Source: Gordius albopunctatus (Eukaryota). From it: DNA of 64,000 nt. The notes beneath the pieces were generated by a model. The model searched no databases and was not told where the DNA came from. It was given only the letters and a program-made list of their open reading frames with translations. Of this stretch, positions 26,356 through 41,300 are shown piece by piece. How positions within the stretch are numbered: the first letter of the stretch is position 1; each line of letters begins with the position of its first letter. A program made the translations under genes and the position numbers. The stretch lies in contig OZ193909.1 in assembly GCA_964276515.1 (NCBI GenBank), positions 16,616,001-16,680,000 on the forward strand, in the 5' to 3' direction.

Positions 26356-29300
26356 ATGATTTATTTTTGGTTTTTCGTGTTAATATGGAAGCTTGGTTTG
26401 ACAGATGAAGTTTCAGAAATTGAAAATTTCCAAAGTTTTACCCTGGGTGCAATATTGCCAAACAACGTTTTCATGAAGAGGGAATATCGTAGGGCTCTCA
26501 GCAATGTTATAAAAGAACATAACCAACAAGCATTTACCAAAATTATCCTTAATCAACGAATGAACGGTCAGCCATATTCCACTGAAAATCCTCTTTTTTC
26601 ACACAATTACTTCAAAAATAATTCTAGCGAACAGAAAAATTTAAGGAAAAACATAGAATTTGCCAAAATTTCTAAGGAACTTTCACCGAGGTCTTTCAAG
26701 TACGTACTTAGAACTAAAGAAGTCTATGTCACTGCTTGGGATCCTGAAGAAACGCTTAATTTAGTTTGTACAAAGCTATTGCCAGCCCAAGTTTCAGCCG
26801 TTTTGTTCGTATCTAATGAAGCAATTTACACAACATCAGCTGCAGCTAGTACCGCTTACCTCTTTAAATGCTTAGCCGTATTCGATATACCGGTTATCGC
26901 TTGGAATGGTGATAATTCCGATATTTTTCAAGTGAAAATCCCTTTTATAGTATAGAAAATTAACGTTTGTGAAATTAAGGTTGAATTAGACCAAAATCCT
27001 AATAATACCTGCGTTTAGTAGTAAAACAATTCTCTGAAACTTTAATAATTTCTGACTTTAAAATTAATAGCTTATTAGTTTTAGTAAATTATATTATTGC
27101 ATTCTTAAAATATGAAATAATGGCACACTAAGGTAAAACCTAACCTAGTTATTTTTCAAAAGTTGATTTTAAATTAGAAGTTAGGACTGGTGCGAGTAAC
27201 TCGGCAGAATTTTATTTTATTCTTATTTTCGAAAAGAAATCAAGTAGTCGATATAAACATATCAATCCACAATCTTTATTTTAACCGAAAACATTAAGGT
27301 CCCATTTAAAATGTTTAATAATAAATAAAAAACGCCCCTGTGCTGTGATATATTTAGAGGTACATTAATATCCTAAGGAGATTGCTCCATTTTATGTTAG
27401 AGCAGAACTTTAGAGATCGTACCATGTCCGAACAACACATATTTTTTTGTAACCAACTAGGTTTAAAACCATAAATTTTTGAGCAAAATACTTGAAACAA
27501 TACTATATGATTTTGATATTTTTAAACTATGGATTTGAATTAGAGGGGGGTGCAATAATGATTTAGGGGTGGGCCTTAATAAAATTTTTTTGAAATTTTA
27601 GCCATATTTCGATTAAAACTTAAAGAATTTATGGATTTACTCGGTGCCTCCCCCTGGCTATGCCCATGGTTCTGATTAAAGACCCTTCACTCCAGCCTTA
27701 ATTATAAAAATATGTTTAAGTAAATAAAAAAGTTTTGCTAGATAAAAAGTGCATTAAAATAATTTTTTTTATTTTACTATATTTACTTTATTTAATCAAT
27801 TTTTTATAAATTAAATTAAAATATTTTGCACAATAAATTAATTAATTTGACAGCATTACTCATATTTTTGAATCAAAAAACATCGAAACTGTATTGGATT
27901 TTAAGATTTCCGCCGTAATTTTCGGCTTAATACAGAAATATTTTATGTGGTCATGTGTAATAGTTAATCAATAAACAATCTATTTTAAATAAAATTAAAC
28001 AATATATCTTTTTTGGCACAACTTAAAATGTTGATTATCTCCTTTAATAGTTATTTCCTCAACTTATATATATTTCGTTCAAAAAAAGATATATGAGAGG
28101 ATGTAAAAAGGAAAAGTATTTGTGCTAAATTGTTTGTCGTGCTTAGAAAATAATAATTGGTTAATAGTACAAAACTTATTTTTTTAATTAAAATTCCATT
28201 TTTTCAATCAAAGTAATATTGATTTTTTAATTAGTTACTCTGGAAACATGAATTAGTCTTGAAAATAGGGGAAACGTTTTTGCATCTTTTACATATATAA
28301 AGCTCTTTTACGATTTATTTCTTATTAAAAGAAAAGCAATTTTCATAATTTTCTATATTAATTCTCTCTTTTCATTAATCCCCCAAGGAAATAAGTTTGA
28401 TAATAAGTTTCACCAAGCGCCTTATAGATTTTAAATTGTTCAGTAAATCATCACTCTAACTAAATACACCCAAAATAAAAAATTGATTTAGTATATTATT
28501 TTTGGGAAAAAATTATTTTCCATTAAGCTAGTATTAAATACTTGGCTAATTTAGCGTTTAAAACGTTTAATGTAAAGATAGTTAATTTATAATAATTCAA
28601 ATGCAAGCTTATATGTAAATTTAAATATACAAATCCTAATCTATTTATATCAAATGGCTTTTAAATTGGCAGAAAATGCTGTAAGACTTCTCGTCTTTTC
28701 ATATAAAACTTAAAAACATTTTGGGGGGCAATTGCCCCGTTCCTTTGGTAAAATTCTTTATGCTCACCCAATTTTTCTATTAATATTATCAAAAATTCAT
28801 TTCCGCTTCTTAATCTTTTAATTATGTCATTTGCTTTATGTAATCCCTTTGGGGTTACTATAATTATTAAAAACACTTTTTAGATTTGGTAAAAATGTTT
28901 TGGAATTTTTTAAAATCGTTTCTTAAAATAAAATATATATTTTTATCGTGATAAATTTAATAAATTTAAATTAAAGAAAAACTTCATTTTACTATACTAT
29001 TTGATAATTTAATTCACATTTTAACAAATTAAACATTTGAAACTTTTTATTTCGAATTTCAATTTTTAAATTGAATGCGAAGCCGCGTAATTTTAAAGTA
29101 ACTTATATTAAAAATCAATAAATCATCTTGGAAAACAATTTTTAAATGTGAATTTAATTTAATTTCCTCTTGAAAAATCTATAACGAATTTAATAGCATT
29201 TCGAAATCTTATATAAATCATAAATGTATAAAAAACCATAACTCATATTTTTAAAACATATATCAATTTATTTATTTATTTCTATTATTAAAGAAAATTA

Positions 29301-32300
29301 CATAGATTTGTCTTGTATTAATTTAAAATAGTAAATAATCTTTTTAAAAAATAAATTAATAATTATTTAACAATGCAAATATAATTCAAAATAACTATAC
29401 AAACATTATTATTATAATTTTTTTAATAAATTAATTTTTAAATATAAATAGGGACAATTTATTAAAATTTGGATCATTTCATTATAGAATTCTCCAGCAA
29501 CTTCAAACGTAATTCAACTGGCACCAACTATTAAACATCAAGTTGCGGCTCTAATCAGCATTCTAGATAGATATTCTTGGGATAATTTCGTCATCATAAC
29601 TACACAAATTGTGGGCAATCAGGACTTATTCCAATACATAAGATCCTTCGTTTATGACCCGGATATCAATTACAATCGAAAGTTAAAACAACTTACTTTT
29701 ATTTTAGTAGTACTAGAAAGGGGGGGGGGTGACATTAGAAGTAAAAATATATTTATGAATTTTGACTATTTTACTACAAAAATCCTGATTTGGATTCCTT
29801 TTGTATGGCTTATTATGCTTTTGTAAACATTTAAAAACGTATCGTGAATGGTGAGTTTCTAAGGTATACTTTCGGGAATTCGGGCTTTTTTTCAGTTAGT
29901 TAACATATTCTTACGGTTGGAAAACGAAAATTTGTGTAAAATTAAGACCAAAAATAACAATATTTTTTTATATACTATTTTTTTTTATATAGAAATAAGA
30001 AAAGGTCCTCTAGGTTCGGACCTAACAAGGGGTTCCACATCTGGATCCCCACTACTAATATGTGCAAAATCTAATATAGGCAAGGGTTAGGGTTAGATTT
30101 AGAGATTTATTTGATAATATGTATTTATTTATAAAATAGTATTATACATTTTGATATAACTTATTTTGTTTCAATTAACGATTACAGTATCCTTTTATTA
30201 CCTAGTTTTTTAGTACATATTACATGCGTCGTATGAATATGCGTGAAAACCGGTCTCAATTTCTAAAATACGAATATTACATTATTAGATTTTGCACCAG
30301 ATTCGTTTATTTGTTATCAAGTTCTGAGAAATTTTTTTTTTCGCGATTAGCTACGCCCGTGTGAATAAATACCTAACGTAATGTAACGTAACGCAGGAGA
30401 GGGCACTACACTTGTTCCTAGAGGTGGGGGAGAATTGCCTGGCATTTGATAGTCGATCTTACCTGCCCTTATCAATTTAATTTTGGTTTTACATTCACTA
30501 AAATATTTCTTTTACGCGTAATATATAAATATTTTGACAATTATATACAAACAAGCTTGACAAAATTTAATTTGCACTTTATTCGCGCCCCCCCCCCCCT
30601 ATCTGGTGTGTATAACTTCAATTAACTATTCTAAGTAAAATGTTGACCGTTTTCAACGTTACTTTCACTGTCAACAAAGTCATATTTCATTGAGACTTTA
30701 GTCGGAAAGTGTACTAATTAACCGGACTTTAAAATTTCTCAAAATAAGTGGAATTTTACTGTTATGAAAAAATGGCTTAAAAAGTCTTTTTGCTGTGTTG
30801 GAGAGGGATCTTTGCGACATAATTTTCCTCAAGGCCAGACCTGAATTCAAATTCAAGGCAAGCAGAAGCATTTGTCACCGCTTAATTTAATAACAATCTT
30901 GTTAATAAAAGTAGAAGAAGAATGCTGTTAAATGGCTTCAATTTTGTACTTAACGCTACATAAAATAATAAATGGAACATTTTGTATTAAAACAATCTAG
31001 TTTAAATGTGGTTCATATTTTTCTATCGCAGCTAGTTTAAATTTTTCAAGGTTGAAACTAAAAAGATAAACTTAGTTGCTGTTGTAAAATTTCTAGGTCA
31101 TTGTCAAAAGATCAATTTTGAGCTAGGGATTCAATAATAATTTTCAAGAGCTTGTAAAGCTGATTGAACTAAATCAATCAATATTTTTGTCTTGTCTTTA
31201 AAACAAATTCTAATCAATTTTTGATGAGAGAAATTTCTAAAACACATGCTTTGTTTTATAATATTAATTTCTATGCAATGTATAGGCTCGCTTTTCAACT
31301 TGTAATTTTTGTTAATGCTGTGGAAACCTATATACAGGTTTTTAATGGCTGTTGTGGAGTTATGCTTCTGAAAAAGACTTTTATTTTGCTATCGCATATA
31401 TTATAGACTAGCAAATGACCTCTGTTTGGCTTATTTTATGTTATTTTACAATCAATTATATCTCACTTTTACGATTTTATTGTTCATATACAATAAATAG
31501 TCTAAAAATTAGAACTTTAGATTATTTCGGTATCATTAATATTTAGTAAAGATCTGAGAAATGTATGACAATGAAAGATGCACGAAGTTAAATCGAAAAA
31601 TACTGATGTCTGAAATTTATAGTTTTAGTTAGGAAAAAATATAATTAAAGAGGCACAAACTAGGCTTTCTTCAGCCCGAGATCTGGGCCCTGTTCTGAGT
31701 TTAAAATATTCATTTTGAATTTGTCAGAGTTCTAGCCAACATAGTGATAGTGACAGAAATAATATTATAGTAGAAATATTATTTATGGAGAAGTAAATTT
31801 AAAATCCGACCGCAATATGAAGAAGTTAATTGAAATATATTTTGGAGTTCATAATTACAGTTATTCATTGAATTTAATATTATGAAAAAATTTGCACTCT
31901 TTTCTAAAATAACCATAATATAAGAGGTTCAAAGGCAAAGCGTGCCATATTTTATTAGTCCGAAATGTAAACTTTTAATTCAAGTTATATAATCCTTTTA
32001 TGAAAAGCAATAAAGGGAATGATGGTTTGAAAAAATTGCTTTGATAATATTTTGATTAAAACCGATTTTTTATCATTAAAGTTTTTTAATAATTAATTTA
32101 GTTATTATCATAGACATTCAATATTTTTTAATAAATTTCTATTTCACATATTTTATGATAATTTTATATGATATGATTGAATATTTTTTAACATAATTTG
32201 TCCATAAATTCAATTTTTAGGATATTTCTTTTAAGTAAAAATTTTATTTCTAAATTGTTTTGGTACAATATTTTTCTTTAAAGATTTAAAATTATCAAGT

Positions 32301-35300
32301 CGATAACGTTGAATTCTATGCAAGAGGAATATTTAAATGCCCAGCTATCATCTTCAGCATTGCTTACTGCCCGAATCTTTATTCTACACGCAACCAGGGA
32401 GGAGTCAGTTAAAATATTTAGAGGTTAAAAACTGTTTTATTTATTTATAATTATTTTTCAAAATTTATAAATTTATTTTAAATCTAAATTCATGTTATTT
32501 ATTTTGTAGCGGCTAATCATCTCAATATGACTGGACAAGATTACATGTGGATTATCACTCAGCAAGCCATAGGAAATTTACAGGATTACTCAGATTTCGA
32601 TAAAAATAAGGTTAGAAAATAAAAATTTTAAGCAATAATAAGATAAACCAATAGCATTTTTTAATTATATCTGTTATTAGTCTACTTTATTGAATTTTAT
32701 ATTTAATTTCTTTTCCACTGTAAAATGCCCAAATTCTGCCTATAAAACTACAATAAATTAAATAAATTCTAAATGCTTAACAGCCCCAACTTATAAAGTT
32801 TTTTGATTGACAAAGTTTAATATATATATAAATTTATACTATATCCAAAATTTTCCATTTATCTTACAACTTTTAGATTCTATTATTTTCCAATTTTCAA
32901 GGTTGCACCAAATCGCTGGTCAACAAATAATAGACTTATAAAATTAACCGGCAAACTGTTTGCTGATTCTGGTGGAGTCTTTTACGATGAAAACAAATAT
33001 ATTTTCAATTTTTCCCCTAAACGTCAGGTTTCTGAAAATTGAAAAAATTGACGTATAAGGAAAAAAATATAAAAAATAATAATCTGCAAACAGTTTTCCG
33101 GTTGATTTACTTCTTGAACTGTGATACGGAAATACATCGTTTCATGGGCGTAGCCAAGGGGGGGGGGCAGGGAGGGGAGGCTGCCCCCCTCTAAATCCAA
33201 AATATTGGTGAAATTCATATGCCTAAAATTTCAAAAAATGTTCATTTTGCCCCTACCTAAACCTCGCTAGATCATCATTGCCCCCCTAATTCCAAAGCTG
33301 GCTAAGCCCATGCATCGTTTCCTTATACTTTATCTTATTACTAATAGGGAATTTCGGTCATAATGTATATTTTAATTTGATCAAATTCTTACTTTTTTTA
33401 TACAATGAAAAGTAGTAAAAAATGGTTTTTAATTTTCATCTGGCACAGGATTATCCCGTAGGACTATTCTGTGTCCATTTTGAGACGGGTCCAGAATCAA
33501 TGATTGAACAAATTGAAATCGGAGCTACTGTTTATGTACAGGCGATGCACAATTTTTTGACCAACGCCGCAAATAAAATGAAAGATTTAAAGGCCCTCAA
33601 ACCTAACTTATCTTGTTACCATGGGGAACTAACTCAAGATTCATTTTTCCACAATGGCTTAGTTTTGCTAGAGTATATTCTATATAAATTTTGTTATAAA
33701 AATGACAAAAATCTGAACAAATATTGTCTATAGATATAATGGATTTAAGATAATTTATTTGTAAACTATTAAGTAGTGCTGTAAACATTTGTAAAAAAAT
33801 CGAACGCGTTCGCGTTCAACGTTCATTGACAAAAATCGAACGCGTTCACGTTCGTTCAAAATTTTATGATACATTTTTTTAAAGTTTAATTTAATATAAA
33901 TAAATGTCTTATATTTTTTAATACAATAAATAGCCATGATAAAAAATAATAGTTTTATTTCGACAATATAATTATAAATCAATATAATCTATTTTCTCAT
34001 TTATTTTTAATAATAATTGTTTTTCAAAATTGTCTTCTGATAAGCAGGAACGCTTGGCAGTTAATACAGCATTAGCTATACTAAAAACCTGCTCCACAGG
34101 GGCAGATGAGGGGATTGCAGTATTATACTTAATAAACAAATTTTTCAGAGGAGGAAATTTATTAAAAACTTTTAATGTTGTGTCCCTCGCTTCAAAAAAT
34201 TGCGACAAGATATCATCCTTCCTCGCCAAAAAATAATATCTCGGAATTGAGAGCTCTTTCATTATCAATTCTAGGGGTTTCAATCCCTTTTTTCAATAAC
34301 ACTAAAAGTTTATTCTTTATAGGTTCCTTTTAATTATTGAATTTGATCTTTTATATGAAACGAGTGAAAAATATTTTTCTTATTTTGGCCATGGCAATTT
34401 CAATTCATTTGCTGATTTTGAATATTCAGAATCTGAAGATGACGACGATATAATATTATAATTGTCCATATTAACCTATAAATTAAACTATAATTAATAA
34501 TATCAAACTAATTAACTTTAATCTTATCTTCTTTTGCACGTTATAGTATGTTAAAAGTATTTCGGAATTGGTAATAGGAAACAGGAAAAACAGCTGATTA
34601 AAAAATATAATACTTTTTTGTTAAAAATTCGGATTGACATTAATTTTCAAATAAATAAAAATAAAAAAGGGTTTTTAAAATTGAACGAACGTTAAATTCG
34701 AACGCGTTCATCAAAAAAGGAACGCGTTCACGTTCAAAGTTCACCAAAAAATAAAAGAACGCCGTTCATGAACGCGTTCAAATTTTATGAACGCGTTCAC
34801 TTACAGCACTACTATTAAGCCGTCTTTATCAATTTATTGAGCCCTACTCATGGGTGTGGCCAGCATTGGAATTTGAGGGAGGCAATATTGATTTATGGAG
34901 GGCAAAATAATAATTTTTTAAAATTTTAGCCATAATTTTAATAAATTTCAACGAATTTTTGGATTTAGAAGTGCAGCCGCCCTTCTCTCCCTCCCCCTAG
35001 CTACGCCAAGCGTCCTACGAAATCTTTTTAAAAAATCTCCCTTTCAAGTCTTTGCACAATTCTCTACTTTTCTCATATCATTGTGAGGTACATTAAATTG
35101 TAATTAATATAACAAGTTTTACTTAATCTCGGTTTTATAAATTAATTTTAGTGATCCCTCGAGATCACTCATAAAATGTAGAGATTATATGACCATTAAA
35201 TATGATTTTTAAAGAGATAATGTTACGATAGCCCTGTTAGTCAATTTATTTATTTTTGATATTATAATCGTAATTTTGTTATATTTTAAGGACTTTTGGA

Positions 35301-38300
35301 TATAGGGGTGGGGTCAGCTGCCCGTCTTTGTCCCCCTGGCTATGCCTATGATATTTTTGTTTTCCATTTACGTTTTTTAATTTTGACAATTATTTAAGCA
35401 CAGCGCTTCGTTTTCTCTTCTATGCAGTTATTCTCACGTACTTTAAAATTTTTTTCATTTTCTATTTATTTATTTAATTTATTTTTTGTAGAATTCTATA
35501 GCTTTTTAAGATTAATTTAAGAATTAAACTAAGATATTATAGATTCAAGTAGTGTTGTAAAAACGGCTGGGTTTGCCGCCCCGGTCCGATTTTATAACTA
35601 AATGCCCGTCCGGGCTCTCCTGAACACTTGTATGTGTTCGCTCGACCATGCCCAAGTCATTAGAGCTGGCCGAACTAGCGGGTCCAAAAGGATAATTTTT
35701 TGATATTTAGTAATAATTTAGTATATTTTCCAAATTTTATTTAATTATTATCATCAATTAAATAAAAATTCAGTAAAAAGTGATAAAATCATAGAACGAA
35801 CACTAAATAATATGCTACATAAAAAATCTCATAAAGTCCGAATCGCACGAATCTTGTTAGGGTAAACCGTGCCGGGCTTTTATGGTCCATGCTTCACACT
35901 TTTATATTAATGCAATATTTATTTGTATGCCAAAAAATCTTAAATAATTTCTCGCTTCTAAACTACAGGTAAAATACTATTTATTATTGATTTGCTACTA
36001 CATTTCGTCGCTCAAAACTTAAAATTTAAAAATTTACCAACTTTTTAAAAATTTTTATTGGCTACCAAAGCTTAATTTTAAAATTTAGATATTTGAAAAA
36101 TGTCAATACAAATTTCGGGGGCACTACAAAGAAGATCATATCTTTTGATGAAGATGGATCGTTAAAGAGCGTCAATCTGAATATTCTCAACTTAAACATG
36201 GAGCATCAATGGATTAAGGTGTCCTTTTAATTTTCTATTAATACGAAGATTTTACATTTTGTAAATCATCCTTTAGTGAATATATTTTCTTCATTAATTT
36301 TTACCAATAATTTTAAGGAATTCATTTAAATATTATAAGTTTTTTTTAATTTCCTAATTCACTTGTATTTGATCAAAATAATAATGAAATGGACTTAATA
36401 TATAGAAAGTGAGCTTTCTGAAAATATATTTTATGGATAACTTTCTACATTAGGAGCCTTGTCTTGGTATATTACAAGCACTGGTTCTAATAACAAAAAT
36501 TACCTTGTAAAATAGTAAACCCGTTTACAAACAGGCCATGATTAAAGGAGGGACAGAATTACAATCCCCTCGAAATCGTCCAAAAGATGGCTGACGGATT
36601 AATAAAACACATTCAAATTTAAATTATCTTATACAAATTCACCGTTTTAAGTGTTTTGGGATTTTAAATCACTTAAAACTTTTAAAATCTTTTAAGTATA
36701 TAAGTATAGCTAATGACCATGGGCTTAGCCAGGGGGGGGGGTAGGGAGGGGCGGCTGCCCCCTCTAAATCAAAAATTCTTTTAAATTTAATATAATTTTG
36801 GCTAAGATATCAAAAAATAACCATTTTGCCCCCCCCCCTCTAATTCTAATCCTGACTAAGCTCATAGAAAATGATAGTACCAATTCAGTAAGAGAAGAAG
36901 AGGAAGAGGTTAATCTCAAACACTAACGATTAGGGATTATTATCACTTTATAGTTTTAGGGAAAAAAAAGCATTTTTATCCAAAAAAAATTCACCTTGAA
37001 AATTTTATAACCCCCCTGATGAAATCCTAGTTGCGCCAGCGTACATCGCTATGACTTTAAACCCTCAAAACACTATAACCATGCTTATTAAAGATAGGAG
37101 TGTGGAACGAAGAAGACGGTCTCAAAATAAAGGATATAATCTGGCCTGGGGCCGCTCATTTACCACCTAAAGGCATTCCTGAGCAGTTTCACATAAGGGT
37201 TGCTGCAAGTGAAGAACCTCCCTTTATAAATATCATGGAACGAGGTGGAGGAACTGCAGTGGGTAAAGAGGATACACAACAACATGGGACTGCTTGTAGT
37301 GGTGGAGTTTTGTGCAGCCAGCTATCATCTAACGAAACCATAGAGTATACCTTGTTCATATGTGTACATGAGGGGGAGGGGCAGGGGGGGCGGCTGCCCC
37401 CCGCTAAATCCAAAAAATTGCTGAAATTTATTAAAATTGTGGCTAAACTTTCAAAAAATGAACATTTTGGCCCTTCTTAAATCATTACTGCCCCCCTCTA
37501 ATTCCAATCCTGACTATGCCCATGCTTGTTCATATGTATAGCTAATAAATTAATTAAGATTCTTGCAAAATTAATACTTTACAGTTGAAGTTCGACGTGA
37601 AAATTTTATTAGGTCTAGCTAGAGAGCAAGAGAATTTTTACAAAAGTTAAGGGGCCTAATTTCATAAAAAATATATATATATAGGCTTTTTTAAGTGTAA
37701 AAAGATTTAAAATCTTTATTTTTGCTTTATTTATAATTAATTTTATGGTAAAAGGGTTTATCTTTTATATATGTCACATTGTTTAATCAAAATGATCGAA
37801 TTAGTAGACTGTTAATTACTGTTATCCTTGTTCCATATAGTGGGTCAAATTCTCAATTGGGCAACTGTTGTTCGGGCTATTTTATAGATATAATGGAAAA
37901 GCTGGCTCAAGATTTAGGTTTTACCTATGACTTGGCTTATATTACTGAAGAGAATGCCCTTGGTTCCAAGCGGGTGAAATTTAATATTATTTTTAGGCTT
38001 ATTCAAATTTATAATTATCTTTGAAATTGAATTTTTTAAAAAGTCCCCAAGTTTAGACTGTATGCATTAATATAAATTTTATATAAAATTTTCAAATTTA
38101 AACACAAAATCGGTTCTATAATTCTAGCCAACTTTTTAAAATCTCGATGAAATCCATATTACACCAACTTTTTTTATATTAAATTTATGGTAACACCCAA
38201 TTATTATATATTAAAATGTCCATTTTTGAAATACTTTAAGCAAAAATATAAATTTTACAGAGTAAATCGGATTTCCTGGTGGAAGAGTTAATTGCTCAAA

Positions 38301-41300
38301 GGGTCGAAATGGTAATCGGTTTGACTATAACCTCAGACAAATCAAATATAATAGAGTTTTCAAATCCTTTCCTCGAAACTGGAATAGCAATAGCCGTTTC
38401 CCTAAGAACTGGCTCCATATCGCCCATCGCATTTCTAGGTATTTCGCTAAATCATTTGTATATTAATTTTTATAACTTCTCTAGTTGACTTTTGTTCCAT
38501 AAGGCACTAAAAACACATTTAAAGTTTCGGACTAAACCTTTATAATTTATAATATTCATGCGGTGGAAATCAATGTGAACCCCCTTCATCCCACACCCTT
38601 TGATTTTTAAGTAAAATTTTACTATGAATATTTTAAACTAAGTCTAAAAATGATTTATTTCCTCACTGCTAAATTGTCAATATTTTTGTCCATCTCTAAT
38701 TCAAATCCTCACTATCCCAATGGCTATAATAAAGCAAGATTTTGATAATAAGCATAGAATAGAATGCGTATTTCAGGCTAATTGAAAAAAGCTATTGTTA
38801 TCAATTTTTGGTAAATTTTTTTCCTTACAATTGAACCTTATTCCCATGCTATATTAACAAATTTAGGGTATCATAAAATTGCGCTGGTGTTTTTTTCAAT
38901 GACTTTTATGGAAAATATATAAATTTTATATAAAAAAACATTATTTATAATGTCGTCTACTAAGCTTGTCCGCTTTTCACTAAAAATTAGTTTACCACAA
39001 GACTAAATAGGCTCGAGGGGCGCTGGATGGTAGGAGTACATTGAATTCATTAAAACGTTTTTTAATTTAGGAAAATTATCATATAATATTTTAAAAGATC
39101 CAAATATCAAATGACTTTAGAACATAATTCAGATTTAAATTTAGCAAAAATTTAAATATTAATTTTTTATAGTACACGGAATAAATTTTGATACTTGTGT
39201 AATTAATTGTTCCTAAAAGGATGGTTTATCTATTCAAAATAGTATTTAGATATTTAAATTTAATCCGCGAAGGGAATTTAAATTTAAAGCGATGGACACA
39301 AACTAGACGTGTAACTATTAGTAAATTTAATCAATAATTTTTAAATTTTATAAAAAGTAACTGTAACTTTACATCAATAGTTACTGAATTAATTTAACTA
39401 ACTACAAGTTCCTCTGAAGTAAAATAAACTGATTACAGTTACTTTTCTGAAGAAAAGGAACTAGTTACTTAACAGCTCTATTAATAACGGTGTGGCGCCC
39501 GAACTGATAATTATTATGCTTGATGCATTTTTGTGGATGTAACTTTTCGATGTAAGATAAACTTTAGGATATGTCTTGCTTGATATCATAACCAAAATGT
39601 AATAAAAGAGCGAAAAAATCTTTAATTAAATTTTGAATAAAAATTGTTTAGAACCGTTTGATTATATAACATGGATACTAATCCTCCTGATATGCATACA
39701 CGCCGCTGCCATCTCGATCTTTCTCTATGAATACATTAGCCCTATGGGATTCAACATGAAAAAACAAGGATATTCAAGTTAGTTTTTGAGTTTTGCAAGA
39801 AAAAAAATACAAATTGCTTTCGATTTATATGATTTAGTTGAGCTTAAAATATCTAATTTATCTAAATACATAGGCGTAGCCCAGCATTGGAATTAGAGGG
39901 CGACGATAATGATTTAGGGAAGGGCTAAATGATAATTTTTTGAAATTTTAGCCATAATTTTAATAGATTTTAACAAATTTTTAGATTTAAAGGGGGCAGC
40001 TACCCCCCTTGGCTACCCTTATATTTTTGGGTTGACCAAAGTGTAAAACTTGAATTAAAATAAATATTGCTAAGTAATTTTGCATACTTTGATGTTTAAT
40101 GCCATTATAAGATGGGACTTTTAGCGTATTTCGGTCGATATGGTTGGCTTGGGCTATCCTTTTCGGTGCTTCCGTGCAAGTTGACGTGCCCAAAAGTCAT
40201 ACTAGTCGATTTTTGATAACTATATGGTCGATGGTAGCTATGGTATTTATCGCCAGTTATACCGCTAACTTAGCCGCTTTCATGATATCTAAAGAGGATC
40301 ATTACGATTTCAGCGGCATTCACGATATAAGGGTGAAAAATGAATACATATAAAATGGCCAAGTCCAATTACTCTTAATGCAACTTAAGGCATTACACGC
40401 GTTAGTATATATAATAATTAAAATAGTGGCTTTTTATGCTATGAATATCATAATCAAATTAAAATTATCGTATATATATATGATTCCATTTGATATTGTG
40501 TCAATGGTACAACTAATTTTTACCAAAATGTTTATAGCGCTTACTTACTCTACTTAAGTAATTTGGCTCAATTAAATGAAGAAATTTTAAGGACACCTAA
40601 AATATAAAGTTTAATACTCAGACATGATATAAATATTTAGATTTTTTGAATTCTAATAGGGTCTAAGAGAGGCAGAATTAATTAAGAATGGTTCAATCAT
40701 TCGCCCACCTTGAGCAGATGAATGATTAGTATACAAATATTTGATTAGTTAAGAAATCCATACATTAAAGAACCTCCCTACATATACGGCACAGTGTTGT
40801 ACAGCAGTTCAGCGTCCAACATAAAATTTAACTATCCTCAAATGTATCAATACATGAGGAACCACAACAGGAGTAATGTAAAGGAAGGCATAATAGCCCT
40901 AAAAAACGGGTAAATTTCTAAAAATTTATTAGGTTTTTATTGTTACAAATATGCTGAAAATATTATAATTAAATGTCTAAAAATTAGACAGAAAGTCGGA
41001 ATAAAAGGTTTAAAACCACATACCTTTCATTTTAAGGCTGTAAATTAAGGCCACTTACAGATTATATTTATTATAACGTAATTTTACTATAATTTTTTTT
41101 TATAAATAATTTTTACAAATTTAATAAATAGGACTTTGGACGCCTTTATATACGATGGCAGAGTATTGGAATACATGGTGGGCCGCGACGATCAATGCAA
41201 ATTGTTAACAGTGGGTTCCTGGTTTGCCATGACAGGGTACTCGATTGCCTTCGTTAAAGATTCTGAATTAAGGCCTTTGGTCGACAATATGCTTATGAAA

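Noticed and set aside
30083..30096. Telomeric TTAGGG repeat
   Set aside because: Only about two units, inside a small inverted-repeat element (GTGCAAAATCTAATA at about 30062 and 30297)
37345..37480. C-terminal part of ORF 37100-37480
   Set aside because: Read-through from the NMDAR exon into the intron and a G-run MITE
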